A stretch of DNA of 61,527 nt, filler included, from Choristocarpus tenellus KU-1152 (GCA_964200185.2; 12 parts of 12 records of this genome joined end to end with filler, not necessarily neighbours in it), one strand, 5' to 3'. Positions 38,071 through 53,827 are shown, numbered from the whole stretch's first letter. The notes: a model not told the origin generated them from the sequence alone. Program-made: numbers and translations.

Positions 38071-38691
38071 TTAAACCCTAAACGGGTTAACCCCATCGTA
38101 AACATCGCATCTGTCTTGGCAATAAAGAATATCTTCACCAGCTGCTACAGTGCACACCTCAGTCGAAACAAGAGCGCACGCAGCATTAATAACGAACTGG
38201 AGAAGTGACGTAGCACCAGTAAGAGGATCCCTACAACGGAGGTTCTCAAGAATTTCGCAGGTATCGCTAGCCAATCTTCTGCAGTTGTTGCAAGACAGTA
38301 GACGACGTCTAGTCCTGGTCCCGATAACCTCGCTTCCTTCCTTCATGTCTCCTTCCACATCCAACGCGCGTACTCGACGACGATCCGAAATACGCTTGAC
38401 TTTCTTCATGGCACCATTGTCCTTGTACTTCAGCTTGTACGTCCCATCGCTGATCTTTACTTTTTTGATGAAGCCCTCGCTAGTGATCTTCACCACTGCT
38501 TTCTCAGTAGATCCGCCGTAGGAGAACACCCACGTCAATTTGTATGGATTAAACCGTGACGCGTCGTAGCTCATCTTGTAGCTGTTGTTATCGTCCGACC
38601 ACTTAACTTTCTGTTCGCAGACGCCTTTGGTCAGGATCGTGGCCAAGACGACCAGCAAGAGACTTATGCTGTACATGCCACGGTGGACCAT
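38071..38691 (-). CDS. Intronless secreted precursor protein (206 aa): signal peptide, basic pro-region, RRRLL site, 8-Cys C-terminal domain; function unknown
   Basis: Complete ATG-to-TAA ORF. Hydrophobic N-terminus ISLLLVVLATILTKGVC. CpG-retaining, coding-like composition amid AT-rich flanks. Confidence 0.8.
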   Translation of the reverse strand: MVHRGMYSISLLLVVLATILTKGVCEQKVKWSDDNNSYKMSYDASRFNPYKLTWVFSYGGSTEKAVVKITSEGFIKKVKISDGTYKLKYKDNGAMKKVKRISDRRRVRALDVEGDMKEGSEVIGTRTRRRLLSCNNCRRLASDTCEILENLRCRDPLTGATSLLQFVINAACALVSTEVCTVAAGEDILYCQDRCDVYDGVNPFRV

Positions 38692-39809
38692 GATTGAACG
38701 AGGGTTGTAAATGACTCGAGGGTAGTTCTAGACCTGTCCCTGTTGCTCGGTGGAAGCGCATGCGTGACAGGAAAAGGTTGGGCAATAGAGGGTTAATGTG
38801 GACGGAGCATTGAAGACAAAGTATTCGAGAAGCTACCAGGGTATGTAGGAAGGGTAGCGATACATGATGGGGGGGAGGGTTGGTGGTGTGGGAAGGAGAA
38901 AGTTCAAGATACCTACACTATTGAAGGAGTAGACATGCATGCTCCTATGAGGACTTCGCTCAAATGTGAGGAATCATTGCTCTCCTGCCCAGGTTAAACG
39001 CAAGCAACGTGAGAGATGGATTCAGCACGGACGACTGCTGATACCAGACGAAGATTTCGCTGGGCTCAGCCACAAACAAGATTGCGTGAGGCGAGGAGAT
39101 GCCACAAGTAATCAATACCAAGATGAAGTTCGATGCTTGGTGGTTATTTCCTCACCTGGTGTATTCGTCCACCTCTGTATGTGAGGGAAACACAGGTACT
39201 GTTCAAAAGTTTTTATTGAGTGAATGGAATGAAATGATTAGGGGGTGTTTCTATTCTTAAACAGAACGAAGTGGTTAGGGTGTATTTCTATTCTTCAAAC
39301 ACTAACCACTCTTGGAAGAAATATGGAATGAGGTTGCCGAAGTTAGTTGTCAATCACGGAACGAATCAACCAACACACACGATAATAGAATCATTTCGAA
39401 AAGATTTGAACATATTTTGGCACTTTCCCTGACACATCTGAAAATAGTCAAGAAGGGAAATCATATATATTAGTAGATATAAATGGTGAAAAATATGCAA
39501 GGATTTTTATTAATTTAACTACGCCATATATAATCTAGAATATTCGGGGTCGGAGAGATACTACTGTAGTACTATATTATGTTCGTACATCCAATATTAT
39601 TGGTAGTTTATAGACGAATTTCCGACGGAAAAGGGAATTCTTGTTCGGAATGTGCAAAATGTCTGTAACCAAAGTCAGACAAATCCCAGATGCAACCAAC
39701 ACGCATTAATTTATCTCATTAATCAAAGGAGCGTGTTATGACTTTTTGGACTTCTTTTTTCGACTCTAAGTTTGGGCTACGTCACACCGATGAGATTCAT
39801 ACTAAAAAT

Positions 39810-41021
39810 ATATTATTATGCCATCTGACATTTTTCAGATGTGTTGGGGTGGAAATCAACAAATACCATTCACATATCACAACCTACTCACATGTCAGAA
39901 TAAATCCCCAAAAAGTAGAAGTTGTGGCAAATGTGAAAAATATTATCTATTCGCTATTTTACAACCAGTTACGCTACACCATTCCCTTCCTGTTGCTCTA
40001 TCCTACCTTAGTCTTGTACTCCAGGGTGAGGAACTAGGGAGTCATCCCACGAATCTAACAAGCCTCTCCTTGCCTATCTCCCTGGTGTCTCCAGCTTAAA
40101 GCGCATACAAATATTAATACATATTCCACGGTATGATGTGGGATATTGTTGGTTTTATTATGATGGGGGACAAAACCACTGTTTTGCGATTGATAGTAAT
40201 TGAAAACCTATCCGTAAGGCTTATCGTTTTTCATACTTACAGAAATACAAGTTTTATAGATGCTGTCGGTCAATAAGATATTCCCTATACCACTATTGGA
40301 TACCACTATTGTATGAATCGTGTGATTCTGTGGCGGTGTGGTTCACTCAGGCAAGGGTGGTGAGGGGAATCACTCTTCCCTGACGGACCAGACGGACGAA
40401 GACGAACCGTGACCGAGATGAGGAGGATATGGTTGGACAGGTGCAAGACTGAAAGGGGAGAGCATCACGATTCGGAAGGGTTTCAGAAAAGAAACCCTTC
40501 AGAGATAGGAGATCCATCTTCGGGATGCTTCCCTAGCACATCACCCTGGGTGGAAGAATGGGTTTGAGACACAAGAAGGCCGTAGTACAACATAGTAAAA
40601 TAGGAAGCGGATAAACATTCTTCACTTTTGTGACAACTGTTGCTTCTTTAGGGATTTTTCAGACATGTGAATAATTTTCAGTAGTTTTTCCCCTGGAAAA
40701 CCTGTAAAATGTCAGAGGGTATAATAATAGACTGGAGGCTACAACAACAACAACAGGAGGAAAGGAGCCGTCAAATCCCGTCTACGCCAGATAGTTACAG
40801 TCACAACGCAACTAGCCCTATCTATCTAGACGGGTCATGCGTTCTAAGCTGGAGTGACCAGGGAGATGGACAAGAAGGGGTTGGTTAGATTCTTGGGATG
40901 CTTCCCTAGCTCCTCAATATGGGGTGCAGGAATAGGTTTGAGACAGAGGAAGGCAGGAGTAGGAGTACAAAATAGATGGTAAAATAGGAAATAGATTAAC
41001 ATTTTTCACTTTTGTGACAAC
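39810..41021. mobile_element. Second cluster of RLE-type retrotransposon 3' fragments
   Basis: Copies at about 39810-40105 (minus), 40510-40729 (plus) and 40755-41021 (plus). They share TTCTTGGGATGCTTCCCTAGCTCCTCA and the 3' UTR with the 30418-33006 cluster. Confidence 0.75.
40312..40501 (-). mobile_element. LTR fragment / possible solo LTR of the Gypsy family at 58044-61527
   Basis: TATGAATCGTGTGATTCTGTGGCGGTGTGGTTCACTCAGGCAAG is nearly identical to 61484-61527. The right boundary (CCCTTCA) is tentative and no TSD was found. Confidence 0.7.
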
Positions 41022-41086
41022 TGTGAATCGTGTGGTTCTGTGGCGGCGTGGTTCACTCAGGCAAGGGTGGCGAAGAGAATCACTGG
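41022..41086 (-). mobile_element. Gypsy LTR end inserted into a retrotransposon 3' UTR, truncated by contig end
   Basis: TGTGAATCGTGTGGTTCTGTGGCGGCG... begins right after TTTGTGACAAC. The uninterrupted site TTTGTGACAACTGTTGC is at about 40627-40643. Confidence 0.8.
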
Positions 41087-44000
41087 NNNNNNNNNNNNNN
41101 NNNNNNNNNNNNNNNNNNNNNNNNNNNNNNTTAATTAATTAANNNNNNNNNNNNNNNNNNNNNNNNNNNNNNNNNNNNNNNNNNNNATAACAAAAATGGA
41201 GGATGGAGCTTAAAATAGAGGATGGGCTTGACCCAAAATTGACTGGGAGAAAGTGACGATATGTTTTTTTTTGTACGGTCGTAGTACAAGTGATGCGGTG
41301 AACATAGTAGATTCATACTTACATTGAGCGATAAGAGACAAACACACATGATGCAGTTATTTTTATGGTCATCATTAACCAATAAAATGAGTAAAGCCTA
41401 CTTCTCACACTGAATCAATAGGATGCATTCACTTCTAAGCGTTAGTTACTAATAGTACTGATATAATTGTCAACCAGGAAGGAGTTCTGAAAAATACAGT
41501 CAATGAGTATGCTACAAGTTCATACTCAGTACAATATATTGTAGTATCATGTCAGGGATTGGTGTGATGTCTTATGTACTCCGGACTACGTATATTACAT
41601 GTGCCGCATGGTAAATTAGTATCTTACTGTTTGCATTTTTCTTCAGTCATGACATGGGGAAGCACGTAATCCTTACAAGCCCAAGGAATGATCATGAGGG
41701 GTCAAATAATTTGATAGCACTACTGCACTATTGGGGCATCAAGTTGTAAATCAGTATCATTACTATTCTGTTTTTTTCTCACTTGTCATCAGCCACGACA
41801 TTGGGAATAACACACATTCCTTAACAAGCCCAAGTGATGATTGAAAGTTGTCGAACATTCTGATACCACGACTGTACCATTGGTATAGTGGTACAAAAAC
41901 AGTTACATGAGGCGCCCAATATCCATGCAAGATTACCTCTTGCATGTTGCCTAAAGCAGTAGTGTCAGAATTGAGATGTGTCTCTTTCTTCAATACAAGT
42001 TTGTTTCTTGAGGTGCTTCGCCTCCAATGTAAGCCACAACTGAATCTCCCCCTTATCCTCTCCTTCGTTTGGTAGGATGTGCACCCTGGCCGCGGGTCAA
42101 CACAAACAGGTGCACTGTGCAGTACATGGTTGCGATATCATCTCATGATAAGAAAAATAAAAATCTCAACAAATGCATGCTGCATGGGTGCAATTCTTGT
42201 GTGTATGGGAGGCATGTTCCCTGAATGTCATTTGCCCACAAAGAAAGCAAAAAAAGCAGCAAAACACACTTATATATATATATATATGTAAAGCCCTGAA
42301 AGGATCCAGCACATACACAGACATCGTTTAACATGCAATGGAGAATTCAACAAATTTCCATAAGCAGGGACCTGAACGCATCTTCAACCAAGTACAGCAG
42401 CAGTACATTAATATCCATCGTTGGTACGAAGCTTAAAAGCAGATGAACAGGAAAATCCGAGGGACCTCCCTACACACACTAAATTACCACAATAGAACCA
42501 TGTGTCTTCATCTTGAGTAGAGCTTTGTTCACTTGCTAAACTTGTCCCACAGTGCTTCGGTGGCAGAGCAAGTTCCCTTGTTTCAAACACCACCTCACAC
42601 TGCCCCAGCAAACTTGCTAGGCTTCGTTCACTACACACATGCAGCAGCACATGCACTCAGGATAGATGGGACACAAATACCCATTTTACAACAACAGTAC
42701 AGTTAGTTTCAGTGTCAACTAGCTTCAATCGAGGCACAGCAGCACCACATCTTGGACAGGAGCAGTCGTCACCAGATTTATATCTCTCTGCTAAATGCCT
42801 AACACTCTACAACACACACACACACGCGCGCGCTGCAAACAATACTCTCTTAACTACTGCACTACTCTCTTAATAGCATGCACCCACCTGGCACTAACCC
42901 TGACGCACCATGAACACACAGCATAAATGCACAAGAGACAATAATAGGTCGCCAATGCCACTAACACATCAACTCACACAAAGGTATCTACTGCCTCAGC
43001 CAACACAAATACTCAAAAGACATACACACACACACACACTTACTCACTCACGAAAAAAATGAGGGAGAAATAGCTATGGGCTACTTGAAGGACCAGAAGT
43101 GAACCCCCCCAAAGGTCTATAAACTGGGGCATGCAGATGTAACCCCCTCAACATTGAGTAGCTTATTCTGCTCAACCTCCTTTCACTACACTGCTGTTCA
43201 CACCATGCGTCCTATCCCCTATCCCCCTCCAATCTGGCAAGTCAAGAGTCACATAGCCTTGCCTCTCCTCATTTCTCCTCCACAACAGCCATGGCACAAA
43301 GGGCTACATGGCTGTTGTTAGGGTTCCACGGATTTGAACTCCGAAACAGACACTCTTCTTAAACCCCTCCCAAGCCTCCCTGAGGCGTACAACACTGATC
43401 ACACACAAATGGCTTGGCCAAGCGAAACTATCAATTATGCTGTCAATCTCAGACAGATTCCACCTTGTGCACATTGCGGAAAATTTCGTCTGTAGAGCTA
43501 CTATACTTACAGACATTTACTCCCCAACTGACCTTGCACAGCTTCGGGATAAAAAGGGAGGGCACTTCTTGATTGTGTCCTCCCCCCCCCCCCCCTCACA
43601 AAAAACAAAGAAAGGGGGGGCCGTGACCTTCGGGCGTGCACGCAGCAAGAAACAACCACAAACTAAGTAGTAGTGGTGCTGATATCTGTAGGGTTTCTCT
43701 TGTCCCCACCTAAACTGCCTTCCCAGTGCATGTCAAAACCCTCTTGCTGACCTCAATCTTCAAATTCTTGGCACCTACTGTTGTCCTCATTGCTGCTCAG
43801 ATCTTCTTCACTGCTGCTGTGTGGGCGAGATAAATCAGGCAGCGCAGGCAAGGTGTTACATACCATAGGACCATCATAGCAACGGCTGAACTTTTTTTTG
43901 ATGGGGGAGGGGAAGGGAGGGCATCAAAGAAATGGCTCGAGAGGAGTGCTACGTGAAGGGGGTGTTGCATAGGTGTCGTGGGGTATGATGCACTGAGGTG

Positions 44001-45043
44001 ACCGTTCATCCGATTTTTTAGCACATTTTTTCTAACTAGATGCATAGACGATACTTGCATACCCCTTACAGGAGTAAGATACTAGTGCACGGCAAGGGGC
44101 TATCACACAGATACTGTGCAATTGTATGCATTGGGTAGGCTTTTCTCTCCACACACAGCAAGAACACAGCACGAATATATATATATATATGTAAATATCT
44201 TTTCTTTTTGATCCTCATATATTGATACAGTTTCATCAGTTAGAGCTACTTTAGAATCAAGGCTGTCTATGAGCATTCCTAACATTACAATCACAGCAAG
44301 CTGTGTCCTCCATCCCTCCCACAAATAGGTCCTTGACCCCAAAGGTATATGAAATATGGGGGGTGTAACAGGTGTGTAGTTACAGCACTTTTTTGACAAG
44401 CCCCTCACACTCCCCTCCTGGCCCTGTCTGCCTTTGCTCATGTTAGGGGGAATAAATAGTACAAAATACACACTTCGGTATAAAAAATGCTAAATACTAG
44501 TAGTATGAATATGCACCTCACTATGCAACACTTGTCAGTTTTATGATACACATGATGGAGAAGGTCACCTTACCTTCTGTGTGCCATGTACACCCTGCCC
44601 TGCCCTTTCATCAGATATATACATATATATATATATACTTGAGAGCCCCTATCAATCCATTCTTTCCCCCTCTCTTCACTTAAAAAATGTAGTGCTAACA
44701 AAGTAGTTCAATGTACTTTGCTGGCAAGGTTGCTAATGATCACACATGGAACAAAACAAAACAAATACTCCCCCCCACCCCCCCACCCCCCCCATTTACA
44801 ATGCTTGTCTCAATCCTCTTGCACTCCAAGTATGACCCAATACCTCCTCTTCCACTTTCTCACCCGCCCTCCTCCCCCCTCTTAACACACAAAAAGAAAC
44901 TTTCAAGCACTTCCACTAAGAAACACTTCTAAGAAACATTCACNNNNNNNNNNNNNNNNNNNNNNNNNNNNNNNNNNNNNNNNNNNNTTAATTAATTAAN
45001 NNNNNNNNNNNNNNNNNNNNNNNNNNNNNNNNNNNNNNNNNNN

Positions 45044-45277
45044 CCGTGTCCATTTGGGGGTCAAAATCCAATGTTGTGATTTTGATGTAATTTTGGCTAT
45101 CGTGTTTGTTAGGAAGTGTCAACATCTATGTTTCGGACACACCTTTTCATAACGGATACATTTTACCCTAACCCTAAACATTTCGGACTAGGAAAATTTC
45201 ATAAAAGAACGATTGTGAAGCCAAGCCCCAAATGGACAAACAGGGCAAAACTCGTACCCTCTAAGATAATTTCACTC
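45044..45277. mobile_element. MITE family B, left end cut by contig start
   Basis: GTCCATTTGGGGGTCAAAATCC...TACCCTCTAAGATAATTTCACTC. Confidence 0.9.
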
Positions 45278-45814
45278 AGCAAGAAAAGAGCAAAAAAAAA
45301 AAGTGGATTGGAGAGGATAAGTTTTTTTCTGCCTGTCTTGATCACGGCAAGATGCACCTATGACTAGGAAGGCGTGAGAAGCCTTAACTTAACTCTAACT
45401 AACGGGCATTAGTGCAACCAGCTAAAATGATCGTGTTGTCATTACTCTCTGCAGCCATGTTGCCCCTTGCCCCTGCCCCGACCCCATCAAGTTTTTGAGG
45501 TCAACATTTCATTAGGCTACAGCAGTTGAGCTGGCTATGTACCATATTTTGAATCCACAGTGAACAACTTCTTCTCCAGACCAATAGTAACAGTGTTCAT
45601 CAGTAGACATCTATACTTATAGTCACGTTCACCCTTCGCTCGTAAACACAGGTACACCAACTCTAGCTCTCACTCTCAATCATAGGAGGAAGAGCAACTA
45701 ACAACATCTTACAACCACAAGGTGATTAATCACTCTATCCCTGAGCCTGATCACAACAACCAGCAACCCTAACCCTAACCCTAACACTAATCCCTGCTGC
45801 CCTATAACCCTCAC

Positions 45815-47210
45815 CTTAACCTGGTGCCGATCAAGACTGACATCAGACACCTTGGCGCCATACCAGCGAAAAGTTTCCATGCAAAAGGCGTCAACCTTGA
45901 TGTCCTTGCCCATCTCATCCCAGTTTAGGCCAGCAGCACCAGCAGTCTTTGACTCAAACTCAAAAGGAAAATCCTTAGGCGCCTTGTCCACATAGTACAA
46001 TAGAAGACCGGCCTCTCTCTGCCGCCGAAAGCAGGATCCTACAAACTCACCTCCTGGCACACCCCTGCTCTCACTCCCGTCCAGACCTCCCACAAAGGCT
46101 GCATATGAGAAGCCTCCTCCCAAGGACTTGACCTTCTTCAAAGGTTTGCCCCCTCCCCCACCACCTTTGGCAGATGCTGGTTTACGTTTCTTTCCCACCA
46201 CAGGACCAGAAGAGTCTTCCAAAGCAACATTGGCCTCCTCCCCATGCAGAGACTGAGCCAGGTCTGTGAGGCCAGGAGTAGCAGTACTGATCGTATTGGT
46301 GGGAGAAGGTGTCATCTCCAAAACATCTGGCGACCGAGTCGAGTTGCCCTTCCTTGCCCGTTTTTTCTTGTGCTCGCTCTTGACGTCATCCGTCGCTGCC
46401 ACCCCTTCCCCTATCCCCTCGCCCCCCTCTCCCAAAAGGGATGAATTATCTCCAGCTTCTTCTGCACGAAGAGGTCCTTGCGGTGTACCCCTTCTCGGTG
46501 GCGACGCCTTGGCTCGACCGCCAGCTTTCTTGGTCTTACCTTTACCGGTACCGGAGCTGGCCTTCTTGCTAGATCCAGCTGCGATGGAGTGAACGCCGGG
46601 AAGAGGTTCCGGTGAAGAACCATCAAGGCGTTTGAGCACGCAGGGGGGTATCCGCCCTTTCACTTTCTCGTCCAGTGCCATGAGTTTGATCCTTGCATCG
46701 TCGTTCAGTGGTGCTACGGCCGACCCGAAGGCCACAAAACGAACGCCCTTCTCCTTGGCGTTATCAAGTGCCTGTGGAGGAGCAGGACGACCATCCTCAA
46801 AGTAGAGGGAAAAACTTTAGCGAGATGAGAGAGAGAAGAAAGGAGGGATGCGGAGAAAGGGGGTAGAGAACCAGTCGTGAGAGGGTTTATGGACAAGCCT
46901 CCACCGAAAGGGACCCATCAAGTGAATATCAATCTCAATTAAGTTCGCCGACATACCTGTCAAGGAGTCTGAGCTTATCTCCCTCTATCTCTTCGTAGAC
47001 GTCAAACTCTGGGCTGACATCACCATCATCCACTTCAAGCTCAGCAGAAGCTGCCTGCTCTGTCAACCCAAGGAAAGAGAGCTCTTGGTATCCACGCAAA
47101 TCAGACGTGGAGTCACTCAGGCGATCCACCATTGCATCGTTCCTCTCCTTCGTATGGTCCCCACATGGATCACTGAAGGATCCATCCCCATTCTCATCAA
47201 AGTCATCCAT
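45815..47210 (-). CDS. 5' part of a spliced gene; acidic N-terminus, possible RFTS (DNMT1-RFD)-like start, long Lys/Gly/Ser-rich region with NLS-like clusters
   Basis: Exon 1 47210-46957 (ATG with an upstream in-frame TAA; donor AG|GTATGT, phase 2). Exon 2 46814-45815 (pyrimidine tract + TAAAG acceptor; donor AAG|GTGAGG). Joined read: KLRLLDSFSLYFEDGRPAPPQALDNAKEKGVRFVAFGSAVAPL. The gene call is firm; the domain call is tentative. Confidence 0.7.
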
Positions 47211-47807
47211 GCCGGCTTATAGCCTACCCCGTCGAAACTCTGTCCAAACGGGTACGTGTTACCGTCAGTGGGATACCCCACCAACAGATAATCGACACAA
47301 TAGGTCTACCCGAATATGACTGCGACGCCTTCCCCCCGGCATCGACCAGAAGGCATAACACACCCCAATGGTCGACTCGCGTTGAACCCTCACCCTCTAG
47401 CTCCAGGACAGCCAAATTTCAAATCCCATCCTCTCCCCTTTGACGGTCGAACTATTGTCCATCCATCCGCCCGACCGTTGATTCATACGTGATACGTGTT
47501 GTTTTGATACGACTATCGGTCTCTTCAGAAACAAGTCCAAGCACTATCATTCATTGTGGGTGGTTGATTCACAGGTTAGGGAGGACCGAATACGGGAGAG
47601 CTGGTGCGAGGAGTTGCTGGAATCAAAGGAAGGAAGAAAGGAAGTGGTTGCACGGATATCCTGCTGATTTTAGTGACCTGTGAAGGCTGGGTTTGCACTG
47701 CTTCTGGGCTTCTCTGTCAGTACCAACTTCGCAAAAAGGACAGGTGGGACTGCGCCCGTCTCCTCTGTTCTACCTCGGAAGGTATCGGTTACTGAAGGGG
47801 GGGATCC
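47211..47807. promoter_or_regulatory. Putative bidirectional promoter/5' UTR region, CpG-rich
   Basis: 597 bp between two divergent start codons (47210 minus, 47808 plus). CpG is retained here, unlike in surrounding introns. Confidence 0.6.
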
Positions 47808-50746
<2,939 letters not shown>

Positions 50747-52393
50747 TAGTAGGTAAATTTCATCAGTGTGAAAATTTTAAAAAAAAAAAACTGTCACAGT
50801 TCTTTTGAAAAAAAAAAAAATGCTCTCCTGTGATAAGCCAGAAAGAGAGGAGAAGGCTTGAGGTGAGGTGTGTAGGTGAAAGAATGCTGCGTTGGTTGGG
50901 ATTGGTTATTTCTGCCTTGGTTTTTGGTATATTGTGGCAAAGTTTTTCTGGAGGTTAGGTGGGACTGTTTGGGTTGAGGCATCTGAGAGGGGGGGGGGGG
51001 GGGGCGGCGTCCGTTTTTGACCCTGGCTCAAAGTATCTGGGGAGNNNNNNNNNNNNNNNNNNNNNNNNNNNNNNNNNNNNNNNNNNNNTTAATTAATTAA
51101 NNNNNNNNNNNNNNNNNNNNNNNNNNNNNNNNNNNNNNNNNNNNCCCCCCTCCCAGATACTTTGGGTCTGGAAGAGTAGGAAGCAGTGGAGGGACCATTC
51201 TTTCCCAGGTGCCACTTTATGTTTGATGGATAAGTTGTTGGGTATTTCATGATTCCAATATATTCATCGTAGACAAAAAAACGGAGTGGACACGCATCAT
51301 CTCTTCACCTTCTGTCACGGTCCTCTTCTGTGCAATGCACAGAGTACTGCTCATACATGGGTCAAGCTTCATGGGGGATAACGAGGACAAAATCAGAGGT
51401 GTTGGTAAAGAGTTGTTCCAGATAAAATGAAAAATCTTGTCATTGACTGTGCAGTAGGAAAAAGCTGAGTGATCCAATTTCCTTCTTTGTGACTGTCACC
51501 AAGGTACATGTCTCCTGTCACTGACTACCTGCTGATGCCTCATGCCCTGCCACGTGTTACCTTCCTGGGTACCCTTGTATTGCACTCCCTTTGTCTGGCT
51601 ACAAACAGGTCCAAATCGAATCTACACAACTTGGCCTTCTCAATCCGAGGGGAATCTGCAACAAAATGCTGGAACCGATTGGCAGGGACGTTCATGAGTC
51701 TGAGGCACAGGTTAGGAAGCGCTATGGGTCTGGAACTGCTCTCAATTCCTATACTAGGGGGTTTGTTCCAAGGCTGGTAGCAATGCTTTCTTTCCTTGAA
51801 TTATTTCGGCCTGGTCCTCAAAATCTCATTATTGGCCTGGCACAAGATAGCTTCCTGTATGGAATGCATGTTGTTTGTACCCTCAGTGACTGACAATTGG
51901 TATCTGTAGGCTGCCTCACAGTAGATGGTCAGATGAAATATGATCTTTGTGTGTATATGAGAGTGCAAGATTGTACTCTCATCCCACATAATGACACTGG
52001 TAAGCATATGTTCAAGACACCAGGTGTAACTGAAGTATGAAATTGTTTCAACTCTTTGACTCTTCCAAAATGAGGTTTGCATCCCATGCTGTTATCAAGG
52101 TGGTGATAGTCTCGTGGTGCTTATCACTAACTCCCTTCTGACATCTGCTGGTGGATTGAACTTCCCATGATCCTCTCATCATTATTGTTAGATGCTGCCC
52201 CTCTGGTGCCAAATTGCAAGCAGCGTGCAGAGGTTCACAACAGGATATCTCTTGAAGAGCTCCAAGGTGTAACACCTCTAGTGCTACACGGAATGGCCGA
52301 TACAATAATATATATTGCTAGCATGAGTAGTTCTTGGTTCTTCGTAGTATTCTTCAGTGTAACACCGTCCGTGGGGCATATGTGTCCAACATT

Positions 52394-52634
52394 GAGTGAA
52401 AGTATCTTGGTACAGGTTTTGCCCTGTTTGTCCGTTTGTGTTTTGGCTTCCCACGGAATTTTTTCGACATTTTACCTACTCCGAAATTGTTTGGAGTAGG
52501 TAAAATGTTTATGTATCAGGAATAAGGATATTGACACGTCCTAACGAGCACGATCGCCAAAGTTCATCATAATCACAACATTGGATTTTGCTCCGCAAAT
52601 TGACCCGGCTCTACCCTCTGAGATACTTTGACTC
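52394..52634. mobile_element. MITE family B, reverse orientation
   Basis: GAGTGAAAGTATCTTGG...CTACCCTCTGAGATACTTTGACTC. Confidence 0.88.
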
Positions 52635-53429
52635 CTTTGCTCATAACCATCCTCTTGCTCCTCTACAATTGTCCATAATGTCATATCAAGGGGCTTTCGG
52701 GATGTTAACCTTCCTGCAGCCCACAGGAGCTCTCCTTGAACAACAATATCTCCGTTATTACTCTGTTTGGGATGACATTCATCACATGGATGTAATGTAG
52801 AGTGATCCACATGCTTCCAAGCAATAGATGCCTCTGATGATAGTCAAGAACGATCATTGATAGCATCCACTTGTATAGGCATGTGCACTGCTCATTTGTT
52901 GCACAATCCATTTTACCCTATGTGTATACCTTGACATCTGATCTATAGATAGTTGTACAAAATATCTCCATCCAGGGATATCTCGTCACGCTAACATTTC
53001 AGTTGTGTTGCCATTGCCAGATTTTCTTTCCTTAACAGATACCCAAAGATTCTATATGTGCATGAGTGTGATTATAAATGGGATTCATTGCAGAGGTAGT
53101 GCAAGTCCAGAGTTTACACGCAATTCATATTTTCCAGCACTTCAGATATGCTACACTGAATACTGTATATATATATATAGAAATGTAGTGAATAATATGA
53201 ATGAGGAGAACCCAGTGTGACTAAGAAAGATATTCCAGAACACCCAGAATATGCACTGGCACCCAGAAAGAGGTTGAGGAGGATGTCACTGACGTATGCA
53301 CTTAGCAAAACACATATATATCCCACCTTACTTGAGAACTGTAATATGGAATTTTTCCACATCTTCAGAAAATCCTCTTCTGTATCTTTTTTGTTGTCTG
53401 CAGTGTACGTTCCAAAGCAAGTTCACTGT

Positions 53430-53568
53430 GGCCCAAAGTATCTTGGGGGGAGGGAAGGGGTCTAGACCAGGGTGTCCATTTGGGTCAAAACCAGGAAAGT
53501 GTACTTTCATTATCAACCCGACATACGAAACCAAATCACCCACAAATCGTGACTTCAAAAAATTGGCC
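53430..53568. mobile_element. MITE family A, reverse orientation, one end lost
   Basis: GGCCCAAAGTATCTTGGGGG...CAGGGTGTCCATTTGGGTCAAAACCAGG...CCAAATCACCCA. Confidence 0.75.
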
Positions 53569-53827
53569 ACAAGTTGACAGCCACCACACACTCCCAGATA
53601 CATCATACATTGAGCACATGTGTAAGAGAGAACTTGGCAGGAGAAATGATATGCAACTCTATCACACAACAAGAACAGCATTCACCAAGTACCACTTCAA
53701 GTCCTGCTCACTTGTCAATTGCTCTCACATGCCTACATACAGCATCTTGATTCCAATTCTTGTCTTGACCCCACTCACACTCAACCACAAAAGCAACATC
53801 CACTTGCCACTCAATGAATTACTACAG

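Noticed and set aside
41780-42090. Coding-like minus-strand stretch (QF*HYCFRQHARGNLAWILG) resembling a transposon accessory Cys-rich domain
   Set aside because: It has an in-frame stop and only vague resemblance, which cannot be supported without a profile search.
41187-47210. Joining the RFTS-like exons with the BAH-like fragments into one DNMT1 gene
   Set aside because: They lie on different contigs separated by an artificial spacer. Both domain calls are tentative and the BAH-like region contains stops.
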